Below, piece by piece: positions 15,421 through 28,120 of a stretch of 64,000 bases of DNA. The translations under genes and the position numbers were made by a program. This DNA comes from Octopus vulgaris (taxonomy: Eukaryota): contig OX597827.1 of assembly GCA_951406725.2 (NCBI GenBank), positions 10,788,001 to 10,852,000 on the forward strand, read 5' to 3'. Position 1 is the stretch's first letter; every line of letters starts with the position of its first letter. The notes beneath the pieces are model-generated. The model was not told the origin of the DNA and did no database searches. It was given only the letters and a program-made list of their open reading frames with translations.

Positions 15421-15700
15421 TTTTATTGTACACTTCCAGATTATATTTGAAAACTTTTCACCTACATTTTTTAACTGCAAAGTCTTTGATCAGTTCCTCA
15501 AAATTAACCTTACATAACACATCTGCTTCTATACTTCATACAGCTTAGGCCTCCTGAATATTATTTTAGCAATTCCAAAGTGACATTTTGTGCTGTATGC
15601 CATTTTCCACATCTGTGGTGCCCTCTATCCTTTGATGCCCCTAAGAGCTTGTGGTGCACCTGAGCACTGTATACAATAATTTCATTATATTATATTATTT

Positions 15701-16124
15701 TAGAATGGTTGTATACTGTCAATTTAACGTGACAGTAGGGGATTACATCACCGCTGTTTAGCCCTAGGAAGCATCAACGCTTCCTGATGGCTTCGACACA
15801 TTTTTTTTTTCTGTGTCCTTATATATTTACGAAGGGGAGACAAATACCCCCAGCAGCCAGGCCTGCATCTAGAGACACTCATGTTTCAGGATCTTTGTCC
15901 ATCATCGGTCTAGGGGCAATGATGGACATAGATCCTGAAACATGCGTGTCTCTAGATGCAGGCCTGGCTGCTGGGGGTGTTTGTCTCCCCTTCATAAATA
16001 TATAAGGACACAGGAAAAAAAAAATGTGTCGAAGCCATCAGGAAGCGTCGATGCTTCCTAGGGCTAAACAGCGGTGATGTAATCCCCTACTGTCACGTTA
16101 AATTGACAGTATACAACCATTCTA
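15701..16124. repeat. 424-bp near-perfect palindrome (205/206-bp arms, 13-nt spacer); inverted pair of Penelope-like pLTR fragments
   Basis: 15701-15905 is the reverse complement of 15919-16124 with 5 substitutions and 1 indel by manual comparison. Confidence 0.95.
15869..15913 (-). ncRNA. Minimal type I hammerhead ribozyme motif (CCGAUGA core variant)
   Basis: cuaga-CCGAUGA-u gga caaaga ucc u-GAAA-caugagug-UC-ucuag: 5-bp helix I, 3-bp helix II, near-palindromic helix III, GUC site. Confidence 0.7.
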
Positions 16125-16555
16125 TCGCCCAACCACCGTACATATCTCTCTGAGATATTTAGAAATTCAATATTTCTATATTATTTTACTTAATGGTTAA
16201 TCTAGAGCTGCCCAAGATGCTGAGAACCCTTGTTCTAAAATGCATAAAAGAAGATGAATTTGATGTTCTAGAAATGTCCCTTTGTCTATGATTTATTATG
16301 AAATCTATTCTCTGCAGAAGTATGCTTATTAGTGTTTTTCTTCTTCAGAAATCTTGAAAATATTTCATCAACATGTTTTTCACCAATAGTTATTGATGAT
16401 AAACAGTAGTAAACATTTAAGCATAGAATAGATGTTACTAAAATCTCAGTGAATAATGTTACAATAGTGATCAGGGAAGCAAATCGGAAAAATCAGTGAA
16501 CTGAAGAACATATAGAATGTACCACAATAGAAAGTAACAAGGTAATATCGGTTTG

Positions 16556-17135
16556 GATGGATGGGTGGATGGGTGGGTGGATGGATGGATGGATGGATGG
16601 ATGGATGGATGGATGGATGGATGGATGGATGGATGGATGGATGGATGGGTGGATGGATGGATGGATGGATGGATGGATGGATGGATGGATGGATGGATGG
16701 ATGGATGGATGGATGGGTGGGTGGATGGGTGGATGGGTGGATGGATGGATGGATGGATGGATGGATGGGTGGGTGGGTGGATGGTTGGATGGATGGATGG
16801 ATGGATGGATGGGTGGGTAGATGGGTGGATGGATGGATGGATGGATGGATGGATGGATGGATGGATGGATGGATGGATGGATGGATGGATGTGGATGGAT
16901 GGGTGGGTGGATGGGTGGATGAATGGACGGACAGACGGACGGATGGATGGACAGATGAATCATTAGATGGATGGATGGATGGATGGATGGATGGATGGAT
17001 GGATGGATGGATGGATGGATGGATGGATGGATGGATGGATGGATGGATGGATGGACGGATGGACGGATGGACGGATGGATGGATGGACGGATGGATGGAT
17101 GGACAGATGGATGGATGGATGGATGGATGGATGGT
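16556..17135. repeat. (GGAT)n tetranucleotide microsatellite, ~580 bp
   Basis: Direct reading; GGGT and GGAC variant units. Confidence 0.97.
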
Positions 17136-17559
17136 CATGCATGAATGAAGGTAGTTTTTGAATTCAAGAATATGTCATTGACACAGAAAATGGATGCACA
17201 TTAAGGAAGAGTGAGGAATGACACCCCGGTGATTAATAAAGATAAGAAGTATGAAATGAACTAACAAGAAAGACACTACAGGATCACTTGTCATGCTAGA
17301 AATAACAACAAAAACAGTGTTGATATTGTTGTTGTTGTTCAACAGTCCTTTAGTCAATTCTGATCAGTTAAACCAATTATAAAAAATCCTGCTAATCACA
17401 AACATCCCATCTTTCAGGGGAAAATTAGCAGCGCATTGTGTGCTGTGTACTTCCATTTTTAAGGCAGCAAAGTGTAATTTGAGTGATTACTTAGCTGCTA
17501 TTTCTAGCAGGATGACTGACCATGTCAGGGCACCCAAGCTGTATGTATCTCCCCATGAT

Positions 17560-17782
17560 GAGCTGGCAGAAACGTTAGCACACCGGGCGAAATGCTTAGC
17601 GGTATTACGGCTGTCGTTGCGTTCTGAGTTCAAATTCCGCCGAGGTCAACTTTGCCTTTCATCCTTTCGGGGTCGATAAATTAAGTACCAGTTACTCACT
17701 GAGGTCGATGTAATCGACTTAATCCGTTTGTCTGTCCTTGTTTGTCCCCTCTATGTTTAGCCCCTCGTAGGCAATAAAGAAA
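17560..17782 (+). mobile_element. SINE family D (Nin/Deu-domain-like)
   Basis: gagttcaaattcc box B-like; gcctttcatcctttcggggtcgataaattaagtacc; further copies near 33711, 42555, 47957 and on the minus strand. Confidence 0.75.
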
Positions 17783-18869
17783 CTGATACCTATTCACAAT
17801 TATATGGATTTGGTCATTTGAAAATTAAGCACCTTGGCTGTGCACACAGTTCAGTGACCCTTTTATACAGCAGTCAGAACATCATATCAACTCAGCTTGC
17901 TTTATCTTTTCATAAACTAACAGACATTAATCCATTAACCCATAAATGTTATCCATAAACCATCAGCCACTATTCATAAACTGCCAGCCACTGTCCATAA
18001 ACTACCAACTACTACCCCACAAATCAACTACCATTACCCTGGATGTAACAGTCATGATACATAAAGGAATACGCACCACACATATAGACTTAATGGACAT
18101 TATTTACATTCAGGACTCTCTCTATAAAAACATACTGTCACTACTAATAAACCAAGAAGCATTAGCTAAAAGTAGGCTTAGCATATGCCTTGGGGATAGA
18201 AAGAGACAATTCTGATTGGAAGCTTTTGTTCTAAGTATGAGTCAACTGGTACGTTTCTGCCAAGAGACAGACATTCAAAGATATTAACTAAAGAACATTG
18301 TCAGGGTGGGATGAGGGTGGGGGGAGAGAAAGAACTTTTGGAAACTTTCTGAGAAATCTTATTCTATATTTCAAATATTTTGGGAACATAGGAAATATTA
18401 TTTTAATCCCCGAAAATTTAATCATGAGTGTATACACATCTCTCGATGTTTACTAGACAACCTGAAATAAGGAGCTAATAAACTGTCAGCAACGTTTAAG
18501 AGACAGAAATATGATTAGCTATTGAAACAAAGAAAGAAAAGACAAAAGGTGACACTGAATAGAGGAGGAAAATAGGGAAGTAAGCAGGGACAAAATAGAA
18601 TATTTCTATAGTAAAGGGTTTCTTTACATTAAATGATATTAGACAAATAATGACGACACATTGTGGCTGTCATCACTATCATCGTTATTTCCATCACCAC
18701 AATTATTTTTACCCTTTCCTTTCTTGCTTGGGTTAGGTCTCTGTTTCTCAACTGTTCTTTTACCTACAGACCCCTTTGATTACTATTTTACACAGGTGGA
18801 CTCACATAGCCACTCAATGTTTGAAAAACATCCTATTATATTTTTATTTTCCTTTCCTTCCTTTTCTTT

Positions 18870-19440
18870 CCATTCGTTTCTTTCATTGGACCCTAAACTC
18901 TGCTTGCGAAGACCTGTTGAGGCAAGTGAACTCGAAATCGAAATTGAAATCAAAATTCGGTGACTGGCATCCGTGCTAGTGGAGTGCTAAGAGTACCATG
19001 TGAGCGTGATCATTGCCAGAGCAACAAGCTGGCCTCTGTGCCAGTGGCATGTAAAAGACACCAATTGAGTGTGATTGCTACCTGTGTCGCCTTGCTGGCA
19101 CTTGTGCTGGCGGCACATGAAAAAACATTCGAGTGAGGTCGTTGCCAGTGCCGCTGGACTGGCCCCTGTGTAGGTGGCACATAAAAAGCACCACTTGAGC
19201 ATGGCTGCTGCCAGTACCACTTGACAGGCCCTCGTGCCGGTGGCATGTAAAAGCACCCACTACACTCTCGGAGTGGTTGGCATTAGAAAGGGTATCCAGC
19301 TGTAGAAACTCTGCCAGATCAGATTGGATCCTGGTGCAGCCATCTGGTTAGCCAGACCTCAGTCAAATCGTCCAACCCATGGAAAGCGGATGTTAAACAA
19401 CGACGACAATGATGATGATAACGATGATGATGATGATGAT
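18870..19440 (+). mobile_element. Repeat family E (RTE-type SINE-like; internal ~60-bp tandem units, (GAT)n tail), nested in a hAT-like MITE
   Basis: ggtggcatgtaaaagcacc units; ggttggcattagaaagggtatccagctgtagaaac; flanks ~18740-18845 and 19441-19578 match the 24611 MITE. Confidence 0.75.
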
Positions 19441-20356
19441 TATTCAAAAGTACATAAAAAATTGCTGAAATATTTTGTGTATTGTAGAAGTATAACCAAT
19501 TAATTGCATATAAAGTCTAACAACAAAATCTTATGTGGATCCCCAAGGGCCATATGAAACCTGGTTGAGACCCACTGGGTAAGATGGATCACAGTGTCTC
19601 ACCATTTTTTTTGCTTTTGTGTGGTTGAATTCTTAAAGGAACCCATCACCAACTCTCACTTTGCTGATAGTATTGGGATTTTTTCATGATCTTTTATGGA
19701 AAATACCAATCTACCACAATACCTTAACTATACTTCACTAAAGAGGTTTAATAATACTAAAGCATGTCCTGATTTGTCTCCCTGTTTGTGAAAGATCAAA
19801 TTAACCCTTTTGTTTCTGTATGTCTGTTGAAACACACTGCCTTTGTTTCAATAGATTTTGAAAGGAATTTAATAATATAACCTTGTAATTATTAAGCGGA
19901 TGTTTATAACATAAATTAATAGGAAATTTTGGTGGAAAGTTTCATTTTAGATTACTTTAAAATAAAATGTTTGTGTCACAGAACTAGAGACAGTCTCAGG
20001 TAAATTGGTATGAAAGAGGCTAAATTAATCTTAATCATTGAGCTAACATTTTCTATACCCTTATTACATGCATAATACTAATTTTAGTTAAGTGAAAGTT
20101 TAGAGTTGCCTTCTCTACATACCTTGGTCAGATTTAAGCACTGAACTGATCTTTTCCTCTGGTTGCAAAGGAAATCTTGATTAATTAAATTTCTTTTTGC
20201 TCACAATATTACTTATGTCAGACCTAATTTAACTATTCTTGTTCGAAAAACCTTGTTTAATTTCTTTTGTCATTATATTATGTTCTCTCCTCCAAAATAT
20301 GTACATTATTACATATCGCCATAATAGTTCTATTTTCCCCACTCTAACAACTACAG

Positions 20357-20521
20357 ACTGCCTGCGTCAGTTGTTGACTGCCATGACACTGCATCCTTTA
20401 AGGCCCTCATGGTTTCCGAAATCCGCCGAAACTACACCTGATTATACATACACTTTAGATGAGTTGTGGTGCACCTGAGCACTGTACACAATGCTTTTAT
20501 TATTATTATTATTATTATTAT
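20357..20521 (+). mobile_element. Short 3' fragment of CR1/L2-group LINE (same family as 27582)
   Basis: Near-identical to ~27957-28110 including (ATT)n tail. Confidence 0.85.
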
Positions 20522-20820
20522 AAGACACTGAAACATGCTCTGGAATTGTCACCATGTTTCCAAAGATTAGAGTTAATTAATATTAATTTCTCTGAGCTGC
20601 TTTTCTCTCAGTGCATGAGGCTTCAAATTTTTTTATTTAAAAAAATTTTTTTTTTAGTATTACATATGTTATAATTGACTTTGCCGATTCTTAATGGCTA
20701 GTCAAAAAAATACTTCCATCCTGCACAGTCATGGTCTTTTATGAATCTCAAGTGTAACTCACATGGGAAGTCTATTACTCATCTATCTAGTCAGTGGATT
20801 TCTCATATGCCCAAACACAA

Positions 20821-20851
<31 letters not shown>

Positions 20852-21908
20852 TCCAAAAGAAGATCATTCAAATGGTTAACAAAGCTTCATTCTTCATCAC
20901 ATTAAAACCACTACACCACAGACATACAGTTTCCCCTTTGTATCTATTCAAACACTTACTTCAAAGACTTCTGTCCTTCTGAACCAACAAGCTGTATATC
21001 CACCCAATGTCCCCATATTCATTCCATTCTTCAGTACAAATGTTAGTTCACTCACACAACTCAACACAAAGGCCAGAGCACAAAGATGAAATTTATTATT
21101 TTTCTAAATATGTTTCAGAAATAAAAATTAAAAACTAATGATCTATTTGATATTTGTAAGTAGCAAAATTAATGAATATATATTCCGTATTATGATATAT
21201 GAATGATTAAATATTATTTCATAATTTCATTTTCTATTTGACATTTCTGATATTGCAAGTTACATCAACTTTTTATAAAGTTATGAAATTGTCATGTGAA
21301 ACAAAGGGCTATATTTGTTGCTATACATATAATGGATTCATATTCAGGAAGAATTACGCATCTCAGTTAAATGTATCTGTCTATATTGCCCAGAAAGCTT
21401 TGTCTCATTTTCATCAGGTACAAATTATTTGTTGATTAGCAGACATTATGCTTGCTGTAAATCGTTTTGTATGATAAACACTGATTGTATGATTCATTGT
21501 CGTTGTGCTGCACCCCTCTTTAGATCTAGTGGTACCATACCAACAAAGTTTCCAGAAGCATTAAAATATAGCACCGAGACATTGATAATAAAAATCTTCG
21601 ATTCTATTTGCATCATGTCCAGCAAAAGCCAAGTATACCTATTTCTTTATTACCCACAAGGGTAATGATAATTATATGATAATTATATGATAATTATATG
21701 ATAATTTTCTTTTGACTTCTTTGATACCAACTTACCTGAAACTTCTCCTGGTTTTATAATACAAACTTTCTGTTTAAAAGTAATCTATATTAAAGCTGTC
21801 ATCAAAATTTCCTGTTAATTTATGTTCCAAACACCAGCTTAATAACGACAAAGTTATTTCATAATGTTCATCATTCTTATCAAAAATAATTGAAATAAAA
21901 GCAGAATA

Positions 21909-22070
21909 GGTGTAGGAGTGACTGCGTGGTAAGGAGCTTGCAAACCAACCACATGGTTCCGGGTTCAGTCACACTGCGTGGCATCTTGCGCAAGTGTCTT
22001 CTGCTATAGCCCCGGGCCGACCAATGCCTTGTGAGTGGATTTGGTAGACGGAAACTGAAAGAAGCCTGTC

Positions 22071-22125
<55 letters not shown>

Positions 22126-22334
22126 CGTGTGTGTTTGTGTATTTGTGTTTGTCCCCCTAGCATTGCTTGACAACCGATGCTGGTGTGTTTATGTCCCCGT
22201 CACTTAGCGGTTCGGCAAAAGAGACTGATAGAATAAGTACTGGGCTTACAAAGAATAAGTCCCGGGGTCGCTTTGCTCGACTAAAGGCGGTGCTCCAGCA
22301 TGGCCGCAGTCAAATGACTGAAACAAGTAAAAGA
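21909..22334 (+). mobile_element. SINE family A, full length
   Basis: Homologous end to end with 15000-15420. Confidence 0.9.
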
Positions 22335-22939
22335 AAAAAAACCCAGAAAATCTCAAAAGGATTCTAGTAACAAGAGTGCTAAACAGCAGTGAAATTGAAT
22401 TATTGTCTTTTTTTTTTTGTCCGTTTTCTTAATCATGATTTCCCCTCATAAAATTCTGTAGAGATGAAAATCTGTAGACTCTAGAGAATCCACAAAACTA
22501 GGCTTTTGCTATTTTTAACCAGGAAAATAAATATTGGCATACAGGATAAGAAGTTGCTGTTCTGAAATACCAGTTGTTGAGCATGGCCAAAGTGGCACCA
22601 GGTTTACAGAAAACAAACCAGAACACATCACAAGCAGTGATAGCAACACAATAAAGATTAATGAGATGGCCAATTAGATAAGATATTTTTATTTGCATAA
22701 TCATAACCCACTGATATACTTCTTACAAAATTTTAGAAAGACGCATCGTTGATATAATTAACCCATCCATTTTTCTCTTCAAATATTACCATGTATTCAA
22801 ATCACTTTGAGGGAGCCTTTGTATGGCCACTTGATTTGCTAAAAATAGTAACCAAATTTTTCTTCAAATCACACCTCTCCTATCTTGGGAAAAGAAAGAA
22901 CATTTGACAACATTAGCTTAGTTATGGTTTTGTTAGTCC

Positions 22940-23188
22940 ACGTTACTCTCTAAGGAGTATAGGGCTGGTTCCCTGGTTTCTTTGGTGTATATATTCCTCC
23001 TTTGACAGGACGCTGGTCCATTGTAGGGTTACTCATTTTCACCAGCTGAGTAAACTGGGGCAATGAAGTATTTCAAATGACATGCTTTACTCAAGGACAC
23101 ACAGCACCTCACCCGGTGCAAGAATTGAAACCACAATCTTATGATCATGGGTCCAACATCCTAACTAACCATTAAGCTATGCTCCTCC
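22940..23188 (-). mobile_element. SINE family C, degenerate
   Basis: Same orientation and blocks as 58333-58737. Confidence 0.6.
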
Positions 23189-23225
23189 ACTATAATAATA
23201 ATATAGTTATATATAATCCTGAAGG

Positions 23226-23616
23226 ATATCCGTTGCCAGCTCCGTCTGGCCCCGTGTCGGTGGCACGTAAAAGCACCATCCGTTCGTGTCTGTTGCCAGC
23301 CTCACCTGGCCCCCGTGCTGGTGACACGTAAAAGCACCATCCGTTCGTGGCCGTTTGCCAGCTCTGTCTGGCCCCGTGGCGGTGGCACGTAAAAGCACCA
23401 TCCGTTGGTGTCCGTTGCCAGCATCGCCTGGCCCCGTGCCGGTGACACGTAAAAGCACCGTCTGTTTGTGGCCGTTTGCCAGCTCTGTCTGGCACCTGTG
23501 CAGGTGGCACGTAAAAAGCACCCACTACACTCACGGAGCCTTCCAGCTTCACAGACCCCAGTTGAACCGTCCAACCCATGCTAGCATGGAAAGCGGATGC
23601 TAAATGATGATGATGA
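23226..23616 (+). mobile_element. Repeat family E with five ~60-bp tandem units
   Basis: Five copies of ggtg(g/a)cacgtaaaagcacc..; tail cccatgctagcatggaaagcggatgctaaatgatgatgatg. Confidence 0.8.
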
Positions 23617-24282
23617 TAAAGGATGGAATCGTCATGGAGATAATGCGTTTGATCATAGATTTGTTCAAAAAGAGTTGAGCTGGGGTTGAAAAGAAAAAAA
23701 AACTACATGACCTAATGAGGAAACTACTATAAGATCACACAGCTTGTGAGAAATATGTGTGGCTGTGCATGCGTGTGTCTGAGTGTACATGTGTATGTGT
23801 GTGTATATGTACGTGTATGTGCCTATGTTTATGCATGTATATATGTGTGGGTCTGTGAATGTCTGTGTTTGTATATGTATGTGAGTGCTTGTTTGTTTGA
23901 ATGTGTGTGTATTTGTGTACTTTTGTGTGTGTGTGAAAGAGAAAAAGAAATAGTGCTTGTGTGTTAGTTTTCAGATTTGTTGTCGAAGCATTTATAAATG
24001 CCTTAACAATTACCTTCCACCAAAAATAATCAATACATATAAATAAAAAAGGTTCTAGCAAAGTAATTTTTAAGAATTAATTAATATTTTATAACTTGGC
24101 TCAATTTCTCTTGCTTCCCAGACTGATAGATAGAGAGAAAGAGAGAGGGAGAGGAGAGATAAACTCATTGTGATTGAAAGATTGCTTTTTCTCAAGTGTG
24201 ACCCCTCTGTCCGGCATTCGCCATGATAGATCCCTAGCCACTACACATTCTTTATTTTCTCTCCTTGTTTCTTTCTGTGTTC

Positions 24283-24318
24283 CTTTCTGTGGAAGAGCAT
24301 AGGCTTAAAACGTTAAAG
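24283..24318 (+). ncRNA. Degenerate minimal hammerhead motif in a TA-abutting Penelope-like fragment (~24205-24410)
   Basis: cuuu-CUGUGGA-a gagc auag gcuu-AAAA-cg-UU-aaag: helices I, II and palindromic III present; core positions 6 and 12 mutated. Confidence 0.45.
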
Positions 24319-24409
24319 ACTTTTTCACTTCCCCAGTGTTAAACTAATACATCTGTTTGTTCTCTACACCACCTGTCTTCGTCTTTTGTTTTTTTTTGTG
24401 AATTCTCCC

Positions 24410-24449
<40 letters not shown>

Positions 24450-24470
24450 TACATATATATATTCATATAT

Positions 24471-24515
<45 letters not shown>

Positions 24516-24610
24516 GCTAAATGATATATACTTAAACTCTCTCACCCCATACACACACACATATGCAACAGGCCTTTACACAGTTTCCACCTACTAAAAT
24601 TCCCTTGGGC

Positions 24611-24890
24611 CAGGGGTTCTCAACCATTCTGTTTTTGCCTGTGAACCCTTTTGATTCCTATTTTACTCTACAAGACCTTCATGCCCATTCAATGTTTAAA
24701 AAAAAATCTTATTATATTGTTACAATTACATATTATTAGAAAATGAATATAATACTTGTTAAAAATGTTTGTGTATTGCAGAACTATAGGCAATTTATTG
24801 TACATAAGCTTTAACAACTATATCTTATATGGACCCCTAAGTGTCATATAGACTCCTAAGGGTCATACGGACGCCTGTTGAAAATCACTG
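24611..24890. mobile_element. hAT-like MITE inserted in a degenerate SINE A
   Basis: Termini caggggttctcaac...gttgaaaatcactg; imperfect 8-bp TSD ccttgggc/actttggc. Confidence 0.65.
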
Positions 24891-25146
24891 ACTTTGGCTA
24901 TAGTAGACTATACTCAGTGGAAGTGTTGTGCACTGGAGTGACACCTACAATCACATGGTTGTGAAGATAACTTCTTAAATACATGATCATGCCTGCAAAT
25001 ATTTCTCAATCATCATATGCTTCAAGGATGCATTTCATAGCTTTATTCCAAAATATTTTATCTTTCGTCACAGAACCTGAAACCATCACCAACCACTTGG
25101 AATGACAAATAATAAAAAGAATGTTTAAATATAATAAAATTCTTAC

Positions 25147-25430
25147 CTGTTTCTGATTTCTTTCCTGCATCATATCAGCAAATGTCTTAGTTCCGTCAAA
25201 TGATACTTCTCAAAGTAGCTTGATATTATGTCAAATTGACGGAGAGTAGAATTAACTGCTCTCTACTACAACTTCCTTTTTCTTCTCTTCTCTTTACTTT
25301 TCTTTTCCTTTCTTTTTCTTTCTGTCTTTCCATCATTCTGCAATGCTTTCTGTATCGCTTTCGTCTCTCCCCACTCTCTCTGTCTCACTCTCTGTCTCTC
25401 TCTCTTTTCAGTAGATATTATCACTACCAT
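25147..25430 (-). other. Candidate exon (284 nt) ending in ATG ATG CAG GAA AGA AAT CAG AAA CAG (MMQERNQKQ, phase 0)
   Basis: Acceptor tttcattgtattttctcag| and donor CAG|gtaaga both near consensus, bounding a unique island. Confidence 0.45.
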
Positions 25431-25867
25431 CTGAGAAAATACAATGAAATTTGAGAGAAATTATAAGCAAATGTTGTGAACATTCAACCACATGCAGAAA
25501 TCAAACATGCACTGTACTATGGTTTTTTGCAATTAGAGATAAGCAAATAGATAGACTATAGATTAAAGGAAGACGAGAGGGAGAGAAAAGAGAGAAAAAC
25601 ATGTTGACAAATCAGTTATTTAGACAGGTAATACAGACAGGCCTCTCTACACATTGACAGTTGCAGGATACCTCCAATAAGGTTCTTCTTTGTCTCCAGC
25701 TCATATAATTTACTTCCAGATTCTAGCTGTTAATAGATGCAATGAGACAGTACTACTGACCAATGTAAGCAACACACACACACAGTGTATGTATACACAC
25801 ACACACACGTGCACATGCAGATAGATAGATAGATAGATAGATATAGATGTGTGTGTGTACACTCACG

Positions 25868-25914
<47 letters not shown>

Positions 25915-25916
25915 TT

Positions 25917-26314
25917 ATTCTTTTAATTGTTTCAGTAATTTGACTGCAGCCATGCTGGAGCACTGCCTTTAGTCAAATGAATTGACCCCAGGACTTATTC
26001 TTTGTAAGCCTAGTATTTATTTCTCTCAGTCACTTTTGCTGAAACGCTAAGTTATGGGGACGTAAACACACCAACATTGGTTGTCAAGTGATGGTACAGG
26101 GACAAACACAGAAACACAAACATATATATCTATATATATATATATATACACACACATACGGCAGGCTTCTCTCTGTTTCCACCTACTAAATCAACTCACA
26201 AGGGTTTGGTTGGCCTGAGGCTATAGTAGAGGACACTTACCCAAGGTTCCAAGAAGCGGGACTGAACCTGGAGCCATGTGGTTGGAAACAGGCTTCTTAC
26301 CACAGAGCTATGGT

Positions 26315-26320
<6 letters not shown>
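25917..26320 (-). mobile_element. SINE family A, diverged
   Basis: Reverse-complement homology to 15000-15420. Confidence 0.85.
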
Positions 26321-26346
<26 letters not shown>

Positions 26347-26362
26347 CTCACACACTCATATA

Positions 26363-26407
<45 letters not shown>

Positions 26408-26710
26408 TTTAGAAGAAACAACAGAGTGACTCAAGGGTTTCGTGCATTAGAACTCATCAAACCCTGATGCTTGTAAGCATATATATGCTACTTGGGGACT
26501 CTGCCTATGTTGGTGCCACGTAAAAAGCTCTCAGTCCACTGTATGGGGTGGTTGGTGTTTGAAGGGCATACAGCCATAAAAACCATGCCAAAACAGACAC
26601 AGCAGTGTGGTGCTGTCTTCTACCTGGCCAGCTCCTGTCAAACCATCCAACTCATGCCAGCATGGAAGGCTGATGTTGATGATGATGATGATGATGATGA
26701 TTGCACCATT

Positions 26711-26785
<75 letters not shown>

Positions 26786-27089
26786 CATATACATATAGTA
26801 TATAGGCTCGATAAAAACATATATACATAATGCATACATACCGACAAGCATCAGACAAACACGGTTATAGACAGACATAGATTAATAGTTCCAAAGAAAG
26901 TAGTAAATTATGAAATAGTAAAGACTGATCGTATTGCCAGTTGTGAAAAGAGAACGGTAAACATATAGCAATATATTTCATTCCTTCTCACCAATACATC
27001 AGAACAGACCAGATTGTAAATTACATTTTTGGCATTAGATTACCAAAATTTCCAAAGTGCTCTCTCTCTCTCACTATACATACATATAC

Positions 27090-27121
<32 letters not shown>

Positions 27122-27122
27122 G

Positions 27123-27246
<124 letters not shown>

Positions 27247-27540
27247 GGAAGTGCAATAGCCCAGTGGTTAGGGCAGCGGACTCACGGTCGTAGGATCGCG
27301 GTTTCGATTTCCAGACCGGGCGTTTTGAGTGTTTATTGAGCGAAAACACCTAGAATCTCCACAAGGCTCCGGCAGGGGGTGGTGATCCCTGCTGTACTCT
27401 TTCTCACACTCTTTCTTCTGTTGGCCTGCTCGCTTAGCCAGCGGGGTGGCGTCTTTCGAAGGCTAAAACAATGCGAACGCATTGTGACCAGCGATGTGTA
27501 ACTACATCTGGTGGACTGGTTGGTCACGTGATCACGTGAT
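27247..27540 (+). mobile_element. tRNA-derived SINE family B
   Basis: Box A tagcccagtgg, box B ggtttcgatttcc; second copy at 47588-47755 (-); ends tcacgtgatcacgtgat. Confidence 0.8.
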
Positions 27541-27581
27541 ATATATATATAAATTAATAAATAAATAAAATATATGCATAA

Positions 27582-28110
27582 CTGTATACAGCTATGGTAC
27601 GACCACACTTGGAATTCGCATCATCAGTTTGGAATCCCTATCTTGCTCAGAACATTGACCTCCTGGAATCTGTCCAGAGACGTGCAACCAAACGCATACC
27701 CTCCATCAGACACCTACCATATTCTGAGCGCCTTGTTTCCCTGGGCATGGATTCACTGAAGCTCCGGCATCTGGCGACGGACTTGGTAAACACCCACAAG
27801 GTTATCAACCACCTCACCAACAACAACACTGAACACCTTTTTGATCTCCATGTGTCTAACACACGTGGACATGCCTACAAAGTCAGAAAACAGCACAGCT
27901 CCCATGACTTTCGGAAACATTTTTTCACACTCAGGGTTGCTGAAGCGTGGAATAAACTGCCTGCATCAGTTGTTGACTGCCATGACACTGCATCCTTTAA
28001 GGCCCTCATGCTTCCCGAAATCCGTCGAAACTACACCTGATTATATATACACTTTAGATGAGTTGTAGTGCACCTGAGCACTGTACACAATTATTATTAT
28101 TATTATTATT
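27582..28110 (+). mobile_element. 5'-truncated CR1/L2-group LINE: ORF2 C-terminus (to 28040), 3'UTR, (ATT)n tail
   Basis: VRPHLEFASSVWNPY..LESVQRRATK..YSERL..TRGH..FFTLRVAEAWNKLP..V..SFK motifs typical of the post-RT region of CR1-group LINEs. Confidence 0.92.
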
Positions 28111-28120
28111 ATATACATAC

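Noticed and set aside
16446-17148. IHPS / MDGW repeat proteins up to 230 aa
   Set aside because: Pure (GGAT)n microsatellite
27247-27320. tRNA-like sequence with box A/B
   Set aside because: It continues into a SINE body and has a second dispersed copy; it is a SINE head, not a tRNA gene
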